Below the pieces are notes generated by a model. That model had not been told where the DNA came from, searched no databases, and was given only the letters and a program-made list of their open reading frames with translations. From assembly GCA_032718475.1 (NCBI GenBank), contig JAUCBJ010006711.1:62001-126000 (forward strand): DNA of 64,000 nucleotides, given 5' to 3'. Positions 37,075 to 46,100 of the stretch are shown piece by piece. Every line of letters begins with the position of its first letter. The stretch's first letter is position 1. The translations under genes and the position numbers were made by a program. The stretch comes from Nemertoderma westbladi (lineage: Eukaryota > Animalia > Xenacoelomorpha).

Positions 37075-38844
37075 CTAGTAAAGCGCGTCGCATCTAGCCG
37101 CTTTATCTGGATGCTCTCGTCGAAAGCGTCTGGTAGGAGTATGACTGGTTGTGTGAAGCAACGCGTCATGGTTACGTCCACACAGAGAACATGTATCGTC
37201 GCTCGGGCAATCCTTCCGGAAGTGTCCTGGCTTCATACATCTCCAGCAGGAATCTAACGATCGAATTTGGAGTCTCCTTTCTTCAATCCCTAACTCCTTA
37301 AAAGCGCGACATCCACGAAGTTTATGTCCGCTATGGTTTCTGCCGTTCTGCTCGCAGTATGAGCATCCCACAAAGTCCGCTGGCAACTGTTGTCGTGGCC
37401 ACGTGGTGCCGATAGGCGTCAGAACTTTAGAAGTCTCAGTAGGGGTGGCGTAAGTAACGGCTTTCGCGTTCGTCGGAAGTGGTTTAGTCCGATTCGGTGC
37501 AGAAATAGCTATCCCTTCCGCCGCGATATGGTGATCGGTATAGTTCGATCGAGTCTCGATCACGGCCTCCCATGAAATCAGTTGATAGACATCGGTGAGT
37601 TTTAATAACCCTCCGGCCTCTTCACGCTGGTACTCGATGCGTCGCCATTCTCGTCGTAGTCGATGGTGAAGTCGACCGATTATTCGAATGAGAACCGTCG
37701 GTGCATTAGCGTACTCGAGTTGTCCAATGGACCGTAAAGTCCCTATAGCGTTCTTGATTTCGTCCGCGAGTCGTAAAAGGTCGATCGGTTTCGAAATGTT
37801 GCCTCCTCTGCAGAGGTCTTCGATAATGGATTTAGCCATGGCGACGTTACCTCCATAAATCGAATATAAACGGTCGTACGCCAACTCAAAGGCATCGGGA
37901 ACACCAATAAAGGTTTCCGCTAGTCGTTTCGGCTCACCAGACAGGACTTGGAGCAAGTAATTAAACTTCTCCGTCGAGGTGAAAGCACACTTAGCTATCT
38001 GGGACTCTACGTAGTCTACCAGTGTGCGCCAGTGTTTCACGTTGCCAGAGAACTTCGGCGGTTGCTGTGCCGGTAATCCGTGTCTAGCCGCGAATTTCGC
38101 AATCTCGCTAACTAAATCCAACTGTCCGCGTCCCTGTTCGGTGGCGTCGTCCAGTCGCTCCCTTCCGCGCGTTGTTCGTCGGTAAGAATTATTAACGGGA
38201 TCTTCTCCTTGATGTGTCGGAGTCCGTCTAGTCTCCTGTTCTCTCCTCGGTGGTCGATGTTGTCTAGGTTGTTCCAACTCCACGCTGGTTCGTGATCGAT
38301 CTGACGGTTGCGCTTCGAGTCGTTCTTCGAGTTGAGCTATTCTGTCCGTCATCTCGGTGAACTGTTTGGCGCTGATCGTTTCCGCTGGTTTCAATGTGGG
38401 TTTCTGTTGGAGTGTTTCTCGTGGAGGATTATCGATATAGGCGTTCATCGATGGGTCCTCTTGTTTGTAATCCTCCGCCGCTCCAGTACGGAATATTTCC
38501 CGTTCCGTCGACTCCGAGTCACTGGATGAGTCGCTGTCGTCCGGATAAGGTGGTTGGCGGGTTCGTGTCCGGCGTATTATTCTTGGTCTCGTCCGTTGTG
38601 GTCTGGGATCTACGGCTCTCCATTGTTCGGTAGGCTCGCAAGTCTTCCACGAAGTCGTAGGTCTCATTATACGTTGTCCGATCCCGTGGGTACTACCCAC
38701 ATCCATCCTCCTCCGTAGTTTGGTAGGCTCGCAAGCCTTCCACGAAGTCGTAGGTTGCGTCAAACATTGTGTCAACGGTTGAGTGAAATAGTCGGGTTTC
38801 GTAGTCGGTCTATAAATAACATATATAATAATATCGCACAGCAC
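37075..38844 (-). CDS. gag: BEL/Pao gag (capsid-like region plus three zinc knuckles)
   Basis: PPKFSGNVKHW...EKFNYLLQVLSGEP; CSYC..H..C, CWRCMKPGHFRKDC, CSLCGRNHDALLH. Confidence 0.93.
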   Translation of the reverse strand: MLCDIIIYVIYRPTTKPDYFTQPLTQCLTQPTTSWKACEPTKLRRRMDVGSTHGIGQRIMRPTTSWKTCEPTEQWRAVDPRPQRTRPRIIRRTRTRQPPYPDDSDSSSDSESTEREIFRTGAAEDYKQEDPSMNAYIDNPPRETLQQKPTLKPAETISAKQFTEMTDRIAQLEERLEAQPSDRSRTSVELEQPRQHRPPRREQETRRTPTHQGEDPVNNSYRRTTRGRERLDDATEQGRGQLDLVSEIAKFAARHGLPAQQPPKFSGNVKHWRTLVDYVESQIAKCAFTSTEKFNYLLQVLSGEPKRLAETFIGVPDAFELAYDRLYSIYGGNVAMAKSIIEDLCRGGNISKPIDLLRLADEIKNAIGTLRSIGQLEYANAPTVLIRIIGRLHHRLRREWRRIEYQREEAGGLLKLTDVYQLISWEAVIETRSNYTDHHIAAEGIAISAPNRTKPLPTNAKAVTYATPTETSKVLTPIGTTWPRQQLPADFVGCSYCEQNGRNHSGHKLRGCRAFKELGIEERRLQIRSLDSCWRCMKPGHFRKDCPSDDTCSLCGRNHDALLHTTSHTPTRRFRREHPDKAARCDALY

Positions 38845-39731
38845 GTCACAGGTTTAACTTGTCCAACTTGTTTAACAGGTCCAGCTCGCGATCTGATATA
38901 TCTATCTCTCGCGTCGAGTTCAAGGTCCGCTTGCGCGTTCGCTGCCTCGCGAGATCTACAATTCAACTCGAACTGTAGTTGCATCTCCCTTTCGCGTCGA
39001 TCCGCTACTTGTTGTTGTGCCGCTAACTCCGCTTCCTGTATAGCTAAACGAGTGGCTATTTGTCGTGCTTCCAACTTGGCGCAAGCGTCGGATGCTGCTT
39101 TCTTCCGTGCTAATTCGTCGGCTGCCGCCGCTGCGGCTGCTTCTTGCGCTATATCTTCCTCTAGTCTCCTCATCTCTGAGGATTCTAATTCTGCTTGCGC
39201 CTTGAGTTGTGCAATTCTTGCCTCATCTTCTCTATGTTGTTTCTTTCCCTCGATGGCGATCTGTGCCATCCTCTGTTGCGCTTCTTCCTCAACGACTTGT
39301 TGTCGGCGTGCAACCTCTTGTTGTTGTCGAGTAATTACAGACGCTGTCCTACTAATGTCGCCAACGTCGCTCCGCATGCTAACGAACGATCTATCCAGTG
39401 GTGGATGTTGGTAGGCTCGCGAGCCTTCCGTAGTGAGAACTTCCGTCGTCCCTCGCGGTTCGACTTCCGGTTCGTCGATCGGTACGCCGCATCTACGAAG
39501 AAAATTGGTGAGCGTTTCCAACCTCCCGTCCAGGCAGTAGAGTTCTTCTTCCTCTTCGGGTTGTAACAACGCGTCCGAAACTGACTCACCTAGCAGTTGG
39601 TCGAACTGCTCCTGTTGAGCCAATCTTATCACCGACTTAAACTGGATAAGGCTTTCTCTCGCACTTACCAACTTGTCTATTATCTTTACCTGAGTAAAGT
39701 TATCGCCACGCAACTCTGCAAGTTCGTGTAA
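38772..39731 (-). pseudogene. gag: N-terminal coiled-coil part of gag, truncated by the Penelope insertion
   Basis: E/Q/A/R-rich helical sequence; frameshifted relative to 37075-38844; upstream codons come from antisense Penelope repeats. Confidence 0.75.
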
Positions 39732-39750
39732 ATATTTCGAATCGAATAAC

Positions 39751-40383
39751 GCAGCGGTTAAACCCCACCTCGACTTCCTCCGACTTCGCGATGACGCAGC
39801 GGTTAAACCCCACCTCGACTTCCTCCGACTTCGCGATGACGCAGCGGCTAAACCCAACCTCGACTTCGTCCGAATTCCCGATGACGCTACCTCAGTAGCC
39901 AACCAACCTACCCCTTTGTTTTGGGTAGATTCGGATACTGATCTTTCTGATAAGGACGCCGACCCTGGCGGTGTATTCGGGACGACTCCCGTACCGTCCT
40001 TATATTTCGAATCGAATATCGCAGCGGTTAAACCCAACATCGACTTCCTCCGACGTCGCGATTACTCAGCGGTTAAACCCAACCTTGACTTCGTCCGACT
40101 TCGCGATGACGCAGCGGTTAAACCCAACCTCGACTTCGTCCGAATTCGCGATGACGCAGCGGTTAAACCCAACCTGCGACTTCGCGATGAACCAGCCGTT
40201 AAACCCAACCTTGACTTCCTCCGACTTCGCGATGACGCAGCGGTTAAACCCAACCTCGACTTCATCCGAATTCGCGATGACGCAGCGGTTAAACCCAACC
40301 TGCGACTTCGCGATGAACCAGCCGTTAAACCCAACCTTGACTTCCTCCGACTTCGCGATGACGCAGCGGTTAAACCCAACCTT
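39751..40383 (+). repeat. 45/36-bp coding tandem repeat (AAVKPNLDFLRLRDD)
   Basis: GCAGCGGTTAAACCC units: 3 at ~39751-39890 and ~9 at 40021-40383. Confidence 0.95.
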
Positions 40384-42933
40384 GGCATCCTTAACCGACG
40401 CGAAGTACCCAGCATAGTAACGGTTACTAATGACTTAATCCTTACTGACCCAACCACCTCACCTCACTGTAACTCGGATAACGGCTGTGCACCATTCACA
40501 GGAATCAGTGAATTGTTGTTTTTTATGAAAGTAAATTTTAGCACCAGAACACATGCTCTAGTATCAACCATGATAGAAATGACTAGAAAGGCTAACCACC
40601 TTATATGCCAAAAGTATTTTTTGACTCAATGTTTTAATGAGGGTCTTACACCACAGAGTCTACATGTTAGGCCTCCATTACATTTAAAACGTAGTTATGC
40701 CCATAGTGCGGAAATGTCTTACACAAAATTAGGAATATCGAGATGTAAAGAGTCATTGAGTGAACGTGTAGCGGAAATAGATTCCATTTCCACAGTACTT
40801 AATGGTCACTATTTAGATTGTGCTACGTTTGAACATCTTAAACGTTTTATAAATGATTTCTCTGTAAAGTCATTAGACTTAGGTATCTCCAAAATGAAAC
40901 GTAAATTAGATTGGTTACGCACTAAACAGAATAAGTTTAGTAGATCTACCAAGATTGTTGTACCTAACACAGTTGTAAATTTAAGTGATCGGTTGTTTAA
41001 CGACACTGAACAGACAGTCCTGGGTCTGGGCCTTAATTTTGAACCTACGCCTAAGAAGGTAATGGAACCGGAATTTATTGTTCCGCTGGAAAAAGTATCT
41101 AAACTAATAGGTGGAACGAAAGTTGCAACTTTTCGACATGAAACATTGAGTATTGTAGAGAACTTTAGAGGCACACCAGTGGAGTCGAATTTAAACACAG
41201 ATGAGTGGGTAGCTATAGACAGCATTGCTGGTGATGAAACCATAATCGTCCGCCCAGCAGATAAGGGAAATAAAACGGTAGTTTTAAATAAATCGACATA
41301 TCATGATAAGATGATTAACATTTTAGAAGATAAAACTCAGTTTAACAAGTTGCCTAGCAACCCGGTGGGTAAATATGAACGGAGAGTTAATGCGACCCTT
41401 AAATCCTTAGTTGATGTCGGTGATATTAAACCGAAACTAAAAACTAAATTAGGTGCCTATCATTCTACACTCCCTTATACATATGGTAACCCCAAGGTTC
41501 ATAAGGAAGGAACTCCGTTACGTAACATTGTATCATTTGTTAATGCCCCGTGTGGTAAGACAGCAGGTTATGTAGCTAACATTCTATCTTCCTACACAAA
41601 CCACGGTGATTCGTATATTAAGAACTCAGTAGATTTCATTGATAAATTAAAAACAGTTAACCCGGGCAAGGATACTATACAGGTCTCATTCGATGTCATC
41701 AATATGTTTGGGAACATTCCAAGGGTAGCAGCAGAGAGTTGTGCAGTAGATATCGTATCACGTGACCCATTGTTTGAAGAGCGCACCGGTATTAGTGTAC
41801 CTACATTTCGCATATTATTACATATGGTGCTAAGTCAGTGTGCCTTTTCGTATGGCGATACCATATATGAACAAGTTAAGGGTCTGCCTATGGGTAACCC
41901 CATTTCACCAATACTATGTTGTTTATTTATGTTTAAATTAGAGACTGAGGCCCGCACTTTGGGTTTCTTACCTGAAGCGTGGTTTAGATATGTGGATGAT
42001 ACATGGACGATAATTAATCCTAACGATGTAGAAACTTTTCTTAGCAAACTTAATAGTTTACATTCGGATGTTAAATTTACTGTAGACAAGCAACACAGTG
42101 ATGGGTCCTTAGCCTTCTTGGACACCTTAGTAACTTTAAGTAAAGGAACATTCCGTACTACCATATATCACAAACCGACACATTCCCATCGCTATTTGAA
42201 TTTCAGCTCTAATCATCACCCGAGAGTTAAGAGAAGTGTGTGTAGTGGGTTATTCTATAGGACTAACAAATTATGTTCGGATCGAGACGCTAGAGGGCGC
42301 ACTCAATCGCAGTTAACTGACTCACTTATGTCCAATGGTTATCCAACCAGGGTCATTTATAATTCCTTACGAAAGTGTAATAAGTCCTTTGATAGCCTTA
42401 AGGTAACCAGTGAAGACATACCAACAAAGCCACAACGCCCTGAAGTCAATATAGGACTGCCTTATGTAAAGGGACTAACAGAACCTCTAGAACGAATGTG
42501 TAAGAAATAATATGATGTCGGCACATATACGGTTAGGGGTAGAACGTTAAGATCATACCTACTTAGAGGCCATAAACCGAAATACCCACCCAGAGGTATA
42601 GTGTATCAGATTCCGTGTTGCTGTGGCAACATATATGTAGGCCAAACCTTATACAGTCTTGATGTCCGTCTGACCCAGCATCAGGGCGATGTTAAACACC
42701 GTAGGCCCAAAGCATCCGAGTTGTCGGGCCATCATGTAGCTACAGGACACATTCCATTATGGGATAGGGCAACAGTGATAGGAAGAGTGTCAGACTTGCA
42801 CGGTAGGCTAATATTAGAGAGTATGTATATTAAATCATTGGGACCCCGGGCAGTTAACAAGAGATTATCCACAGACGTAGATCATTTAAGTATAGCAGTG
42901 TTGGAAAGCGGGGGGTTCCTGAAAATTAAATAA
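39916..42933 (+). pseudogene. Penelope RT-GIY-YIG polyprotein with one in-frame TAA at 42508-42510
   Basis: VVNLS, LGLNF, RPADKGN, YGNPKVHK, SFDV, GLPMGNPISP, RYVDD, FLD; the frame continues past the stop as YDVGTY...GIVYQIPCCCGNIYVGQT...R..QH; also open upstream to the 5' junction. Confidence 0.93.
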
Positions 42934-43040
42934 TTTTGTGCGTATAGTAATTTAGTAGTTAGGTAGTTAGGTACCTTTGTACTGTTAAAAACATTTCATA
43001 AATAGGTAGCTGTAATAATTCATTAATTCTGTTTACATTC

Positions 43041-43090
43041 AGTTGATTATTGACAATGTGGGCCCTTAGCCCTTGAAATATATTTATTTT
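43041..43090 (+). ncRNA. Candidate degenerate minimal hammerhead ribozyme in the PLE 3' end
   Basis: TTGACAA (43050-43056), stem GGGC-cctta-GCCC, GAAA (43075-43078), palindromic ATATAT; stem I is weak. Confidence 0.4.
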
Positions 43091-43127
43091 ATTATATTAA
43101 ATTAGTAAATAAAACTTAATTCTTATT

Positions 43128-43174
43128 GTTAAAGTTAAACTACAAATGCTATCTTATAGTGAAATAATTCATCA
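43128..43174 (-). repeat. 47-bp remnant of the BEL 5' LTR
   Basis: Identical to 26770-26816 and abuts the TSD. Confidence 0.92.
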
Positions 43175-46100
43175 ATTTCATGAACATAATGAAGTATTAA
43201 ATCCATGTCAAAATCCTTGGTATTTTTCTGCAATAATTTATCAAAATAACCTCTGATTTTTTTCAAAAACCATATCAATTCCCATTCCACTCCACGAGAT
43301 AAAGAATCTTAAATGAAAGTCAAAAGAACAGGTAACACTTACATTTATAGAAGTAATCAGCTGTTATTTGCTACGTCTTTCCGCTGGAGATGGATGAATT
43401 TTGATTGTGTCAGAACACCCCCTATCTGTGGCTGTCTGAGTTGAGAAATAAGTAGCCTATCTCCCTATTAATATTGTTGTGTTCTAGAATATTTATTATA
43501 GTTTCATCGTATTGCTAAAGTGGCTGGAGCTAAAGTTATTATGTAATGCAATAATTCACCTCAAATATCTCAGCTATTTCATGAACATAATGAAGTATTA
43601 AAGCCATGTCAAAATCCTTGGTGTTTTTCTGCAATAATTTATCAAAATATCCTCTGATTTTTTACAAAAACCATATCGATTTTCATATTTATATCTTCTA
43701 TCCCACTCCACGAGATAGAGAATCTTAAATGAACGTCAAAGGAGCAGGTAACACTTACATTTATAGCAGTAATCAGCTGTTATTTGCTACGTCTTTCCGC
43801 TGGAGATGGATTAATTTTGATTGCGTTGGAACACCCCCTATCTGTGGCTTTCTGAGTGGAGAGATAAGTATCCTATCTCCCTATTAATATTGTTGTGTCC
43901 TAGAATATTTTTTATAGTTTCATCGTATTGCCAAAGTGACTAGAGCTGAAGTTAACTCATAATACAATAATTCACCTCAAATATCTCAGCTATTTCATGA
44001 ATATAATGAAGTATTAAAGCCATGTCAAAATCATTGGTGTTTTTCTGCAATAATTTATCAAAATATCCTCTCATTTTTTTCAAAAACCACATCGATTTTC
44101 TTATTTATAACTTCTATCCCACTCCACGAGATAGAGAATCTTAAATGAACGTCAAAAGAACAGGTAACACTTATATTTATAGCAGTAATCAGCTGTTATT
44201 TGATACGTCTTTCCGCTGGAGATGGATGAATTTTGATTGCGTTGGAACACCCCCTATCTGTGGCTGTCTGAGTGGAGAGATAAGTAGCCTATCTCCCTGT
44301 TAATATTGTTGTGTTCTAGAATATTTTTTATAGTTTCATCGTATTTCCAAAGTGACTAGAGCTGAAGTTGACTCATAATACAATAATTCACCTCAAATAT
44401 CTCAGCTATTTCATGAACATAATGAAGTATTAAATCCATGTCAAAATCCTTGGTATTTTTCTGCAATAATTTATCAAAATATCCTCTGATTTTTTTCAAA
44501 AACCATATCAATTTTCATATTTATAACTTCTATCCCACTCCACGAGATAGAGAATCTTAAATGAACGTCAAAAGAACAGGTAACACTTACATTTATAGAA
44601 GTAATCAGCTGTTATTTGCTATGTCTTTCCGCTGGGGATAGATGAATTTTGATTGCGTTGGAACACCCCCTATCTGTGGCTTTCTGAGTGGAGAGATAAG
44701 TATCCTATCTCCCTATTAATATTGTTGTGTTCTAGAATATTTTTTATAGTTTCATCGTATTGCCAAAGTGACTAGAGCTGAAGTTAACTCATAATACAAT
44801 AATTCACCTCAAATATCTCAGCTATTTCATGAACATAATGAAGTATTAAAGCCATGTCAAAATCATTGGTGTTTTTCTGCAATAATTTATCAAAATATCC
44901 TCTGATTTTTTTCAAAAACCACATCGATTTTCTTATTTATAACTTCAATCCCACTCCACGAGATAGAGAATCTTAAATGAACGTCAAAAGAACAGGTAAC
45001 ACTTACATTTATAGCAGTAATCAGCTGTTATTTGCTACGTCTTTCCGCTGGAGATGGACCAATTTTGATTGCGTTGGAACAACCCCTATCTGTGGCTTTC
45101 TGAGTGGAGAGAAAGAGTAGCCAATCTCCCTGTTAATATTGTTGTGTTCTAGAATATTTTTTATAGTTTCATCGTATTGCCAAAGTGACTAGAGCTGAAG
45201 TTGACTCATAATACAATAATTCACATCAAATATCTCAGCTATTTCATGAACATAATGAAGTATTAAATCCATGTCAAATTCCTTGGTATTTTTCTGCAAT
45301 AATTTATCAAAATATCCTCTGATTTTTTTCAAAAACCATATCAATTTTAATATTTATAACTTCTATCCCACTCCACGAGATAGAGAATCTTAAATGAACG
45401 TCAAAAGAACAGGTAACACTTACATTTATAGCAGTAATCAGCTGTTATTTGCTACGTCTTTCCGCTGGAGATGGATGAATTTTGATTGCGTTGGAACACC
45501 CCCTATCTGTGGCTGTCTGAGTGGAGAGATAAGTAGCCTATCTCCCTGTTAATATTGTTGTGTTCTAGAATATTTTTTATAGTTTCATCGTATTTCCAAA
45601 GTGACTAGAGCTGAAGTTGACTCATAATACAATAATTCACCTCAAATATCTCAGCTATTTCATGAACATAATGAAGTATTAAATCCATGTCAAAATCCTT
45701 GGTATTTTTCTGCAATAATTTATCAAAATATCCTCTGATTTTTTTCAAAAACCATATCAATTTTCATATTTATAACTTCTATCCCACTCCACGAGATAGA
45801 TAATCTTAAATGAACGTCAAAAGAACAGGTAACACTTACATTTATAGAAGTAATCAGCTGTTATTTGCTACGTCTTTCCGCTGGAGATGGATGAATTTTG
45901 ATTGTGTCAGAACACCCCCTATCTGTGGCTGTCTGAGTTGAGAAATAAGTAGCCTATCTCCCTATTAATATTGTTGTGTTCTAGAATATTTATTATAGTT
46001 TCATCGTATTGCTAAAGTGGCTGGAGCTAAAGTTATTATGTAATGCAATAATTCACCTCAAATATCTCAGCTATTTCATGGACATAATGAAGTATTAAAG

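Larger units (their letters stand above)
39732..43127 (+). mobile_element. Penelope-like retroelement (Penelope/Poseidon type), 5'-truncated
   Basis: RT followed by a C-terminal GIY-YIG endonuclease, then an AT-rich 3' end with AATAAA (43108-43113); abrupt junctions with BEL gag and with the LTR remnant. Confidence 0.93.
24588..43174 (-). mobile_element. BEL/Pao LTR retrotransposon, degenerate, with an extra ORF and a nested Penelope-like element
   Basis: TG...CA ends; ATTTC TSD at 24583-24587 and 43175-43179; gag, protease, RT, RNase H and integrase in BEL order with BEL-type motifs. Confidence 0.95.

Noticed and set aside
28275-42164. Antisense ORFs overlapping gag, pol, the extra ORF and the PLE RT
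   Set aside because: Shadow frames of real coding sequence, with no motifs
42508-42510. Selenocysteine recoding as in Naiad-type PLEs
   Set aside because: The stop is TAA rather than TGA, and the endonuclease is C-terminal
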